A DNA stretch of 62,911 nucleotides, filler included, from Saprolegnia diclina VS20 (Eukaryota): assembly GCF_000281045.1 (NCBI RefSeq). It is 5 parts of 2 records of this genome, joined end to end, with 100 filler letters (N's around TTAATTAATTAA, not from the genome) between each part and the next. Parts side by side here need not be neighbours in the genome. Positions count along the whole stretch, not along the records: positions 1 to 13,802 come from NW_008246141.1; positions 13,903 to 24,419 come from NW_008246141.1; 3 more parts are not named here. One strand, given 5' to 3'. Below the pieces are notes generated by a model. It searched no databases. It was not told where the DNA came from and saw nothing but the letters and a program-made list of their open reading frames with translations. Below are positions 10,976 to 23,200 of the stretch, in pieces. Both the position numbers and the translations under genes were made by a program. Each line of letters opens with the position of its first letter. Positions within the stretch are counted from its first letter, which is position 1.

Positions 10976-13802
10976 ATGGCGACGAAGGCGAGGAAACTCC
11001 ATGCGACGGACGACCCGCGCCGGGCCGCCATGCGCATGACGGCCGACGAAGATGAGCTCGTGAACCCTTCCGAGGACGAGTACGAGGACGAGGGCGATGA
11101 GAACGAGGACGGGAACAGCGCGGTCGCGATAAGCCCGAGCCCGAGCCAAGCCGAGCCGGCAACCGCCTCCGAGATGGGCATCATCGAGGAGATCTACTGC
11201 GAGAACTTCATGTGCCATCGCCGTATGTGCATCCGTCTCTGCCGCAACATCAACTTCATCACGGGCGAGAACGGCAGCGGGAAGAGTGCGATCATTGCCG
11301 CGCTGCAGATCTGCCTCGGTGCGTCGGCCCGCGCGACCCATCGCGGCAAGAGCATCAAGAACCTCATCCGCAACGGCCACGATGGCAATGCAATCGTGCG
11401 CATCACACTCCTCAACGACGGTAGACACATGGACGTAGGATATTGGCCTCAAAGGCTGCTCTTGACTAGCCCAAGGCACGGACGCGTTCCGCCCCGAGTC
11501 GTTTGGGAAGCGCATCATGGTCGAGCGCCTCATCCGTCGCGATGGCACGGCCGAGTACCGCCTCAAGAACGAGCATGGCAAGGTCGTCTCGAAGCTCAAG
11601 GCGGACCTCGACGCGATGCTCGACCATCTCAACATCCAGGTAGACAGATGCGCATGTACATGACCTTATTCGACTGGCCGTAGATTGAGAACCCCTGCGC
11701 CGTGCTTGACCAAGAGAATGCCAAGCTCTTCCTCAAAGGCGACCCGACCGACAAGTACAAGGTACGATGTATCCCATGGTGCAGCCTCGAGCAATCATCG
11801 GATGCAATTAGTTCTTCTTGCAATCGACGGATCTCTACAAGATGCGCGCCACGTTTGCCAAAGTCGAAGACGAAACGCGCCTGCGGCAGGAGGCGACGCT
11901 TGTCCAGGAAGAGCGCAAGCTCAAGACGCTCCTCAAGGCCAAGGAGGAGGCCGAGCGCCTCTACGAAGAAGCCAAGAGCGTACGCAATGAATGGTCTCTC
12001 GCACGTCCATGTGCTCATTCTTATCACGATAGATTGGCCACTTGAAGGAGGAGCTCGTCGGCCTCAAGCAGTCGCTGGCCTGGTCCTTTGTCAACGCCCA
12101 GGAACTCTCGCTCCAAGACGTCCAAGCACAGGTATCCCTCCTTTGATTCCATGATCGGGATGCGTATCTTAGTCTTAGCTCGACCAAGTCATGCACTTGC
12201 AGCAAGTCGCTGCCGAGAAGGTGCTGCGACGACAACAAGTGGTCGACGCGCGCTCGGCCGAGCAGTCGGCAAAGAACAACGCGCTCCAGGAGGTCGATGC
12301 GCAGAAGGAAGTCTTTCAGCGCCAACAACAAGCGCTCCAGCAAGAGATCCGCGAGCTGCGGCTGCCCGTCCAGAAGAAGCATGCGGGTAGAGATCTCGTT
12401 CTCGATGCATCGAGGCTGAATCGATAACGATGTGTAGCCAAGAACGCGATGGAGCACCAGATTCGACAGGCGCAAGCACGCTTGAAGCGCATCGAGCACG
12501 AGAAGGAGCAGCGCCGTGCCAAGTACCAACTGTACCTCCGGTCACTTGAGAAGCAGCAAGCGCAGCAAGCCGAAGGCATCCAGCGCGCCCAGGAACACCT
12601 TCATCGTGTGCAAGCCAAGAAGCGGGAGATCGAGGTGCATTCACTCACATATATATGGTACAATTCGGCGGTGATCTCATATATCCTCATGGTCTAGTCC
12701 AAGCCGATGGAAGAATTTGCAGCCGAGCTTGACGACGTCGAAGGCCAGTACGTGGCGTGCAGCCAGCAAAAGCGCGAGGCGAGCGGCGAGGTTGAGCGTC
12801 TGACCTCGCGCCTACGCGCGCTCGAGTCGCAGAGTCAAAACAAGTAGGTTTTCCATGAGCTCGAACGTGCCGACGAAGACTGATGGCATAGGCTGGTCGC
12901 GTTTGGCAACCAGATTCCCAGACTCCAGCAAGCGATCCAAGACAATCTGCACAAGTTCTCGGCGCCGCCGATTGGGCCGCTTGGCATGTACTTTAGCCTC
13001 AAGCCCGAGCATCAGCAATATGTAGGACGTCCCTTCTCTCGCCGGTCGATGACCAACTTTGATTCATAGGCGGTTGCAGCCGAGGTCGTGCTCAAGAACG
13101 TGATTGGCAGCTATCTTCTCGCGAACGGCCGGGACAAGAACGTCTTGGACAATCTCAAGCGGCAGATGAACGTTCCGCCGAGCCAAGCGAATATTTTGAT
13201 CGCAAAGCGCACCGGCCGGCGGTACGACAATGTGCACGTTCCCCGTGGCCCTCTGGGCGATCATGCAGTGATCTCACTCTTGGACATTGACAACCCGGAC
13301 GTGTATAATGTGCTCGTGGATGTGGCCAAGATCGAGTCCAAGTACGTGTACCCGACGCGCAAAGAGGCCGAAGACGCGACGATGGAGGGGCCGTCCGGGC
13401 GACAGCGCTTTGTGCAGGGCGTCTCGGAGGTCTACATGCCCAGTGGCGACAAGCTTCTCGTGCGCAACGGCAACGTGGCTTACATTGCTAACAAGGGGCA
13501 ACGTCACGCACGTATCTTGTCGCAAGACAATGCGGGCGAGATCAACGACATCAACCACCGTCTCGAGCGCCAGAAGCACGAGCTCCAAGCCCTCTCGCGC
13601 GACGAGCGTACACATGCATCCATCGTCTGACGAAATGAGGCTTATCGATTGATAGACAACCTCCGCGGCAAGCGCGAGCACTTGCGCAAGCAGATGCAGC
13701 AACACACGGTGAGCTTGGACGCGGCCAGCCGTGAGCTCAACCGCGCCGAGAACGACCTCCACGCGCTGCAGCGACAGACGCAGGACCCAAGCGAGGTCTG
13801 TC
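10976..13802 (+). CDS. SMC6: Structural maintenance of chromosomes protein 6, 5' part only (cut by gap); multi-exon
   Basis: GIIEEIYCENFMCH, Walker A NFITGENGSGKSAI, LGASARATHRG, LNIQ|IENPCAVLDQENAKLFL, then coiled coil and hinge-like PPIGPLG. The C-terminal head is not in the window. Confidence 0.9.
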
Positions 13803-13902
13803 NNNNNNNNNNNNNNNNNNNNNNNNNNNNNNNNNNNNNNNNNNNNTTAATTAATTAANNNNNNNNNNNNNNNNNNNNNNNNNNNNNNNNNNNNNNNNNN
13901 NN
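13803..13902. other. Artificial contig linker N44-TTAATTAATTAA-N44
   Basis: A 12-mer giving stops in all six frames, centred in exactly 100 bp; same structure at four sites. Confidence 0.97.
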
Positions 13903-14809
13903 TAGCATCACCGAGCTGTCGAAAACAGGCGTATAAAGGCTAAAAACACCGCGTTTTTCTGCCGACATCCAGGAGTCTGGTGGCTTGGTCGACCCAACGG
14001 CGTTCGAAAATGAAAGCGCTTCAACTTTGCACAGAGGTAGATACCATCATGGAGAGTCGAACGCGCTACGTAGCGCGGACAGGCGAGGCGTACAGAGCGA
14101 GCCATCGCTACGTATACTAGTTTTGGCATTGTGCCACATATGCCTCAAAATCCGGCATTCGCCAAGAATAAATGAGAAAAAATCACGTCGGAAGATCGCG
14201 GAACCTTTTCGAAAGATCGCGCACTTTAATGGAAACAATCGAAATAGTGTCACTTGAAGCAGGTCCAAATGAAATAGTGTGCAACGACCCGGCGACGCCC
14301 CGGCGCAGGCCAGCGCCAGCGACAGATGACGTACTCGATACGTCGTTGGCCTGAAGACAAGATCAGGTACACCCTGCGGGTATGCCCACTGCGCATCGCT
14401 ACGGCCTTGACCCAAAAAATGTCTGGCTGGACCTCGCGCCACCACTCCACTGCCGACCTGTTCAAGGCAGGTTGCAGGGACCTGTACGACAATACATGTA
14501 GCTGTGCCACAGCGACAGCTTGTACAGTAGCCCGCACCGCGAGTTGGTGGCACTGGGAACGAGGTCCTGGAAGCTAGTACCAGGCAGCTATATTAGCTTT
14601 CACACACCTCGGTCCCGACAACAGCAACCAGCCTCTGCCCTATAGCGCTCTTCCTACTCATGCGTCCCACCGACCCGTCCGATTCCATCGACGTCGCGTG
14701 ATCTTGGTCTTCCGTGGAATCCGTCGACCCACTTCAAGTGCACTGTACACTATTTCCGTGCATATCCAGAAAGGCCGGGCTGGTCTTGCAGTTGGGAATT
14801 GAGCTCACG

Positions 14810-17800
14810 ATGCTCGCAGCACTGGTCTTGGCGCTGGCAGCGGTCGCGCATGGCGGCCAGCATGAAGAGTACCTCATCTTCGAAGACACGTTTGACGACG
14901 CCTTTGACCTCTCGACGTGGAAGCACGACATTACGCTTGGCGGCAACGGCAACCGCGAGTTCCAAGCCTATGTCAACAGCCGCAACAACTCGTACGTCAA
15001 GGACGGCAAGCTGCATTTGCGTGCGACGCTCACCGACGAGGCGTATGGTGAAGACGGCGTCACGCAAGGTGTCATGGACCTCTGGGGTATGCGCCATGAT
15101 CCATGAGTCTTGCTCATGCAACATGCAGGCACGTCGCCGTACTCATCGTGCAGTTCGCCGCAGTTTGTGGGCTGCCGCAAGACCGCGAGCGGTCTCGACA
15201 TCCTCCCGCCCGTCCAGAGTGCGCGCATCCAGACCATGGAGTCGTTCTCGTTCAAGTACGGCCGCATCGAGATTGCGACCAAGCTGCCAAAGGGCGACTG
15301 GCTCTGGCCGGGCATCTGGATGATGGCCAAGGACAACAAGTATGCACACCATGTTGTGTCTGTAGGCTCATGGCGATGTAGGTATGGACCGTGGCCGTCG
15401 TCGGGCGAGCTCGACATTATGGAGTCGCGCGGGAACGGCCCCGACTACACGGACGACAAGGGCAACCCGATTGGCAACAACCGGTTCTCGTCGTGCTTTC
15501 ACTTTGGCCCAGCGTGGAACAAGGACGCGTACCCGGTCGCGGTCAACGACACAAAGGCGCTGCCAAACCACCGCAGCTACGGCGAAGAGTTTCATACGTT
15601 TGGCTTTTACTGGGACCAACACGAGATGTACTCGTACATTGACACACCAGACCAAGTCGTGACGCGCGTCGCGGGCTACGGCAAGCAGTCGTTCTGGGAC
15701 ATTGGCCTCGCCGCGAACGCATGGAATGCTTCTGGTATGTCAACTGCAATCTCAAAGTGCAATCTCAAAAACGGCATCTCAATACAATGATATGTAGACT
15801 CGTACAACAACTTTCAGGACGGGCCGATCAATGCGCCGTTTGACCAAGAGATGTACCTCATCCTCAACGTTGCTGTTGGTGGCACGTCGATTGCCAAGGG
15901 CTTCCTCGACAACGGCTACTTTCCCGACGATCGTGGCAACAAGCCATGGCGCACCAACGACTCGTTTCCGCATCACAGCTTTTACAGCCAAAAAGACAAG
16001 TGGATCGAGACGTGGAACCAAGGTCATTCGACTGGACTGCACGAGCAATCAGCGAGCATTCTGTAGGTGGCGACCGCGTCAGCGACATGGCGGCCATGCA
16101 GATCGACAGCGTCAAGGTCTGGGGTCTCCGTGGCCTCTCGACCTTCACCAACTCGAAGAACCCCGTGCACCACTACGCCGGTACAAGCCACCGTATGTGG
16201 CATGCCTCATTGCCTGTTAGAACTCGAGACGCAGCTCGCCGACGACGCAACGACGTGCGACGCATGCGCGACGTTTGCCGACGCACTGCCGACGTGCATG
16301 CATACGACGACGTCGCAGTGCTTTGCCAAGGGCCATGTGGGCGCGGCCTGCTACGACAAGACGCGACCGTGCACAGCGCCGACCGACCGACTCCTCTTCC
16401 ACGACGACTTTACGTCGCTGGACAAGGCCAAGTGGCAGGCCGAGGTGACAATGACGGGCAACGCGCATAGCTTCATGCACATGAGTGTCGACCGCCGAGA
16501 GAACGTGCATGTGGACAATGGCCGCTTGGTGCTCACGCCGACGCTGACCGACGCCGTAGGTGCTCTCAAAAAGTGGCAGGTGGCAGTACCGTCGTGCATT
16601 AGGTGTATGGTTCGCTCGACAACTCGACGATCGACCTCTGGGGCAGCGGTTTTGGCGACCAGTGCACGAGCAACTACAAGTTTGGCTGCCTCCAGACCGG
16701 CAACGGCCTCGAGATCCTCCCGCCCGTGCTCTCGGCCAGCCTTCGCACGGAGAAGAGCTTTAGCTTTCTGTACGGCCGCGTCGAAGTGCGCGCCAAGGTG
16801 CCCCGAGGTACTGGTCATCTTGAGCGCTAGCCTCTGACAGGATGGTGGTGCAGGGCAGTGGCTGCGACCGACTTTCCGGCTCTTGCCTAAGTACGACAGC
16901 TACGGCGAGTGGCCGCAGAGTGGCGAAATCACGCTCTTTGAAGGTACATTTTTCTTGATACCAACTCGATACATTGATACTTGGCAGGCACGGCGGCGAC
17001 GCTGCACAGTGGCGTGACACTGGGTACGTTCAACGCTTCGACGCGACTGGAGTCGATCGCGTCTGTCGACGACGGCGCGTTCCACACGTATGGTCTCTAC
17101 TGGGACGAGACGCAGCTCTACTCGTACGTTGACGACCCGGCCAATGTGGTGGCAACGGTCGACGGCTACGGCAACACGTCGTTTTGGTCGATGCTGCGCG
17201 CGACAGGCGACGAGAACGAGGTGTCGCCGTGGCGGCATCGTCCGCTGCACGCGCCGTTTGACCAGCTCATGTATCCAACTTGTCGATATGCTCTCCGAGA
17301 TGACACTGGATGTAGGTATCTCAACATTGCTCTGCGCGTCGGTGGCAACGACGGCTTCTTCGCCGACAGTGCCAAGCCCTGGAACGACTCGGCGGTCGAC
17401 CACAAGAAGAGTACGACCACTACACCTCTTTGGCTCGATGTCATGCCTAGTTGTTTAGCCTTTTACGCGGCCAAGGAGGCGTGGTTGCCGTCGTGGAAGG
17501 GAGATTCGTCGCTGGAGGTGGACGACGTCAAGGTGTGGGCGACGACGAACGCGAGCAAGTGGGCGTACCACGGTGCGTTTGACGCGGCGCCTATTGTGGA
17601 GACGACCATGCTGGGCGCCACTTCGAGCCCGGCGGCGTCCATTTTTTCTGATACGTTTGAGACGCTCAACATGCGCAAGTGGAAGCCCGAGATTACCATG
17701 CACACGGACGGATTTGGCATGTACGTCAACCACCGGCAGACGTCGTATGTCACCAATATGACGCTCCACTTGCACCCGGCGCTGAGCCGCGACATGCTCG

Positions 17801-19215
17801 GTGACTGGATGCTCACACAAGGGTACCTCGATATGTGGGGCACCGACGTGCCCAGCAAGTGCACGGCGGCGGCCAGCGCCGGGTGCGGGCACGTCAACAC
17901 ACCGGACGACATGGCCAAGCCCGTGACGCTGGCCGCGCTCCGGACCGCCGAGACGTTTAGCTTTCGCTATGGCACGATCGAGGTGGCGGCCACCCTCCCG
18001 CTTGGCGACTGGCTCCGGCCCAACATTGCTCTCGTGTCGATGGACAATGTCGGCGCCTCGATCCAAGTGCTCGCGGGGCGCGGAAACCGCCACCTGACGG
18101 TACATCATGTTGTGTAGGGTTAGGGTCACGAGCCTTGCGGTGTAGGACGCGACAAGTGGCGCCGACTGGAGCTGGCGACGCGTCTACAGCGGTGTGTGCG
18201 TCACATCAAGTACCTGCAACGTCAAGTCGACGTTGCTGCCATCGACGCCGTCGCGTCACATCTATGGCGTGACGTGGACCCCGGACGAGATCATCACGTA
18301 CGTCGATACCCCGACGAATGTCGTGAGTCGCCAGCCGACGCCGCCGAGGTAAGTTCAAGTCGAGTGATTGAGGTCTTGACACCTTGTGCCTAGTTTGCAG
18401 TCGGATGCGTACCTCGTGGTGCGACTGGACGTGGGTGGGACGTCGAGCCTGGCGCACCAAGCGTTCCCGGCCGAGGCGACGCCGTGGAATACCACCGAGC
18501 CGTACCCGCACACGAGCTTTTACGCAGCCAAAGACGACTGGTGGCCGTCGTGGGCCGACGCGCCCACGCACGTGAGCGTCGAGGCAGCCTTCAAGATCCA
18601 CAGCGTGCGCGTGGACGCCGTGCCTTCGAGCCATTGGCGCTACCACCGCCTCGTGGGCGACGCCGACCAGACGTTAGTGACCCTCCAGACGACAGCGCCG
18701 ATCGCGTCGCCGACGTCGACCGTGGCGTCGGTGACGGCCACGTACACGGGGCCAGCGACTGCCACGCGTATGTTCTTGACGCTGCGTTCGTTCATGCTGA
18801 CGGGACATGGGGTGACGTAGGCGCGTCGGTGCTCGCGTCCTTTCGGACGTATCTCGAGAGCGCACTGACGGGCAAGGACCATGTGGTCTACGGTGCGTCC
18901 AAGGTCGGTGACACGGTGATGGCCACCGTGGCGTACGAAGCGTCGGCGCCACTGGTTTCGATCGATGACCACAACCATTTCAAGGTACGTCCAGGACCCA
19001 TATACGATCGAGTCAGGGTCGTGGTGTAGGTGACGGGTCTGCACACGCTGGGTGCGTCTGTCTCGATGGACGTGGAGGAGGCGCCGCACACGTCGATCTT
19101 GCGCCTCAGCGTCTTTGCCGTTAGCTCGCTCACGGTCGCCTTGCTGAGCGTCGTGCTTGTGCGCTGGGGCCTTGCGCGCTTGCGCCGCCGCAATTACATG
19201 CCCATCACCGCCTAA
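14810..19215 (+). CDS. Type I membrane protein with three tandem GH16 (laminarinase / beta-1,3-glucan recognition protein-like) domains; many short introns
   Basis: Signal peptide MLAALVLALAAVAHG. Three repeats of [LI]F.D.F..W..T..G / FSF.YG.[IV]E..LP.G.WL.P. Domain 1 has WPSSGELDIMESRGN (15407-15424). A Cys-rich linker follows, and the C-terminus is a TM plus tail RRRNYMPITA*. The splice junctions checked by eye (domain 1 to domain 2) stay in frame. Confidence 0.8.
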
Positions 19216-19397
19216 GGTCTTATAATTTTTCATTTGATTTTCGTTCGCTTGGGAATCGTGTCAAAACCCTAACCCGGGTTTTGAAAAGCGACGGGCTTGT
19301 CAAAGTAAAACAGTGATGGACAGGTCGATATCACAGTTGGTCCAGGGAGTCGAGAATGGGCACCTGGCCTGTCTAGTAGGGTGTGGACTGGGTGAGC

Positions 19398-19413
19398 TTC
19401 AGTTTGCAACTTG
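19398..19413 (+). promoter_or_regulatory. Oomycete Inr/FPR-like core promoter motif
   Basis: TTCAGTTTGCAACTTG about 30 nt upstream of ATG 19445; resembles the GCTCATTYBNNNWTTY-type element. Confidence 0.45.
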
Positions 19414-19444
19414 CTCTCGACTAGCTCGACCTTCCAACGACACT

Positions 19445-19912
19445 ATGTACTCCTTTGCTCTTCTTCTTCTTGCGGCGGTTGCGGTGGCGACGCCGTGCAC
19501 ACCGGCGCAAAAGCAGCAGATGCTCTCGACGATCACGACCGATGCGCAGTGGCCGACGTGCCAGAAGGCGACGGCGCCGTACGACTTTTACAAGTCGCTC
19601 ACGCAGGTCAACCCGGCGCCGACGTCGGCGCAGGTGCAGCTCTTTGCGACGACACCGGCGTGCGCGACGGTCTACAACGGCTTTCAGGCGGCGCTCAAGG
19701 CGGCCAACTGCGACGAGGTGCAAAACTTGACGGGGCTCGCCGTCGCGCCCTTTGTGCAACTGACGTCGCCGCCGACGAATGCGACGGCGCCAACGTTGAC
19801 ACCGATGACGTTGGCCACGACGACGACGACGACACCGACGCCGACATCGGCTGCGCCGGTGCGTGGTATGATGGTGACGGGGGCGATCACCGCGCTCGCG
19901 CTTTCCTTCTAA
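19445..19912 (+). CDS. Secreted 4-Cys elicitin-like protein with Thr/Pro-rich tail and hydrophobic (GPI-like) C-terminus
   Basis: Signal peptide; C-x20-C-x33-C-x15-C. PTSAQVQLFATTPAC mirrors the elicitin PTxAQYKLMCASTAC segment without its first Cys. Confidence 0.8.
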   Translation: MYSFALLLLAAVAVATPCTPAQKQQMLSTITTDAQWPTCQKATAPYDFYKSLTQVNPAPTSAQVQLFATTPACATVYNGFQAALKAANCDEVQNLTGLAVAPFVQLTSPPTNATAPTLTPMTLATTTTTTPTPTSAAPVRGMMVTGAITALALSF

Positions 19913-20293
19913 GGCGTTCAAGGGACCAGGTGCACACGGAGTGCTTGTCAGTAACACGAAATATCTCTTTTTAACAGCCTAACAAAATCAACAATTTGTA
20001 CGTGAAATCAAGTCGAGTACCCACTTTACTGATATGATGAAGTTGGATACAGTCAAGCTATCCGATAGACGTATCCAGTGGACGATCGGATAACTTTACT
20101 GTAGCCACCATCTCGCCTCGGTAGACTCTAGTGATATACGATTCGTGAGACAACCAAATACAATGTACAATTCTGTCCCACTCGTGTTTTTGGGGAGAAT
20201 TATCCATCGCTTCCTATCACAGAATATCCAACTATCCAACTATCGACGTACCCAGAGCAATATGTCATATTCATAGCCACGAGCGAAACTGGC

Positions 20294-23200
20294 ATGGAGG
20301 TCTCGAACGTGCGCATGGGCCTCCGGCGCAAGGCGTCCCGGGGCGGCAAGCGGTAGCTGGTAGCTTCGCCTTGAGCCATCTCACGCTTGGTTGCGTAGCT
20401 TTAGCCTCGCGGGAGCGCCGTCCAAGAAGGGCGCGTCGACGCGGCGGACCATCTTGACGCCGGCCATGCGCCTCGAGGAAGAGACGATGGCGGCGACGAT
20501 GCTCCAGCGCATGGTGCGGGCGCGGTTGGCGCGCAATGCGTTCCGTCGCGTCCTCTGCGACGTCTACCGCAAGGTCTACGGTACTTTATCATTCAATTTG
20601 GTATCTTTTGACTGTGCTCCTAGATCAAACCAACAAGCAAGTGCGCTACGTCGACGCCCGGACAGGCCTCTCGACGACGACCAAGCCTCTCTTGTTGCGG
20701 CTCTTGCAGTGCGACGGCCAAGAGATCATCGAACCTGTGCTGCCCCATGATGCAGCGGTACGCTCGGCGTTTTTCCCGGAATTAATGAGGAGCCGAGCTC
20801 GCTAGCTCCGCATCCAGCGCCAGTTCAAGACGTGGCGGACGCGGCTCTTGCTCAAAGACATGATTCGCGACTTGTACCAAAAACACATGGGTAGGAATAT
20901 TGTCTATTATGTTATAGACAATACACATGTCGATGTAGACCCCGAGACGAAAAATTACTACTATATCAACACGCAGACGCACGAAGTGTTTCCTACCAAG
21001 CCCGTCTTCCTCGGTGACGACGACATTGAGATTGAGCGGTGCACTTTGTCGACGAGTCGATTAAGTGTACAAAAGGACAGTATAGGTTCAAGTACCGGAA
21101 CGCCACGTGCCGCCTCTCGACAAGGTCCAATCTCATTGGAAATGGCGTCGCTGTGCTCTACAACAGTGTCGTGTGCGTCCTCACCGACTGTTTTACGCTG
21201 CCCGACGAAGACACGGCCCGCTACTCCCGCGTACAATTCAACTATAAACCAGGTGTGATGGAAATTTTTTTTTGTATTTTTATTGAAAAATAAATTGACA
21301 AATGCACTGTAGGAGGCATTCCGTTCATGGTGCGGCTGCGCAGCGACGTCTTCTTCATGACGTCGCAGTTTGAGAGCATCCACCAAGCGGCCATGCCGGA
21401 GCTTGATTTTACGCTGTGCGCGCTCGATCAAGACGAGTTTCGGTCGACCTCGGGCGAATCGGTGCAGTGTCTCGTCGACACGACGTGGAATCGCCAACGT
21501 TACGTAGGTTGAAGCCATTCGCCTGGTCTTTACGGACCGTCGCCTTTGCTGTGCCCAGGATGTGGTATGTCGATTTTCTAAAATAGTGATCGGCATGGAC
21601 GTCCACTAGCTTCGCCACGAAGAACTCGAGATTGTTGGCCACCCCCACGGCAAGCAGACGTGTTCGAACCGGAATCACGTGGACCAGTTTCTTCCTAATA
21701 TGGTACTATCGTTGACTCTTGTGCAATGACAATATTGTGTCCTATTTCTAGGTCAACCCCAAGCGACTTCGGTACCGCGGGCCGATGGAGTCGGGGGCAT
21801 CGGGAAGCGCCGTCTTCAACTTTGGAGGCCGACTGGTCGGTATTCACCATCAACACTCGCTCAAAGTCGCACCGCATGAATGCACGCTCGTCAAGTATGC
21901 AATGTCGCTGAGTGTACAATGTGTCTATCGACTCGTAGACCGATCGTGGCGTTTACGCAACGTCAAATCCGTCCGAAAAAATACGAACTCACCAAATCTT
22001 AGCTGGAACCCTAGAGCCCCCCGTGCCGCTCTTGCTGACTTCGTGCCTTGGCCACGATTCGGTCAACCTGTACTGGCACCTCCCACCGACGTACAAGCCA
22101 CTGAACGGCCTCCCAATTCAATTCACGCTCGAGGTGTGTTCCCGGTAAGCAAGCCTTCTGGTAGCTTTAGGGGTCGAGCATGTCGGTCGTTTAGCAAAGA
22201 GAAGCGGTCGCGGGGCTACTACGATCGATTTAGCGCGGTATACACGGGAACCAAACTCACTTTTACGGTACGTGTTATCCGTCTATGGATAATATTTACG
22301 AATCTGCTAATTTTTAAAAAAGATGTACGGTCTCGCGCCCGCCACCTTGTACGCTGCCCGGTGTCGGAGCTTCCACATCATGGAGAAAGGCGCGTGGTGT
22401 CCTCCGATGCAATTTATTACTCTCGAAGGTACATACTAGAAAATCCCAGTCGCCTCCAATATTTACGGTAGCGCCCACGAACGCATGGCAAGTGTCCCAG
22501 TGCACGTCGATTCGTGCTGCACTGCGCTTCTTGCGCGATTCGACTGACGTGCTCGTGCACCGAAAAGCCATCCAGTGGCTGTGCAACGCCTGCGACCATA
22601 CGTTTGACGGTAATCCGATCTCGGACCCCATCCCTCATGCGCCCTAGACAAGGACGACGATACCGAGAGTAGCAACAACAACGCGGCGACATGTACGACA
22701 CTTTATATACAATGTTGACATGTGGTATGGACAGAGTGTCTAGTGTGGCACGACGTCGAGTCCGACTGGATCGACGGGTGTGCGTTCGACGTACTGCAAA
22801 GCTCGGTCGACCGCTTCCGACATGCAATGGACCATGTCCTCGACTGCCTCCTCGTGCTCGGCCACGTGTGCAGCTTTCGCACCGCGTTTCGCGATCGGCT
22901 TGTGGACATTCCGCACCTACAATGGCTCCTCGACCTCTTCCTCGAGTTTCGCAGCGAAGCCCGACTCATGGAAGCCGGCTTGGCCTTTTTGGGCTACTGC
23001 ATCAAGGATTTTGGTCGGTTGCGATAGTTTCCATCGCAAAATGTCATTTTGATTCGTTTTAGAAACCGGCAAGCAAGTGTTTATGGCGATCCACGCGATG
23101 CCGCGTGTGCTCGACCTCATCGAGACGCACCCTGCCGACGACGGCGTCGCCCGCGAAGCGTCCTACGTCCTCGCGGCACTCTGCCAGAATTTTCGTACAC

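Noticed and set aside
13847..13858. TTAATTAATTAA as a biological motif or piggyBac TTAA site
   Set aside because: Always centred in exactly 44+44 Ns; an assembly spacer.
19261..19284. 9-bp hairpin with a telomere-like CCCTAACCC core; similar short motifs near 2630, 18115 and 61180
   Set aside because: Fewer than two full units each and no array; not distinguishable from chance.
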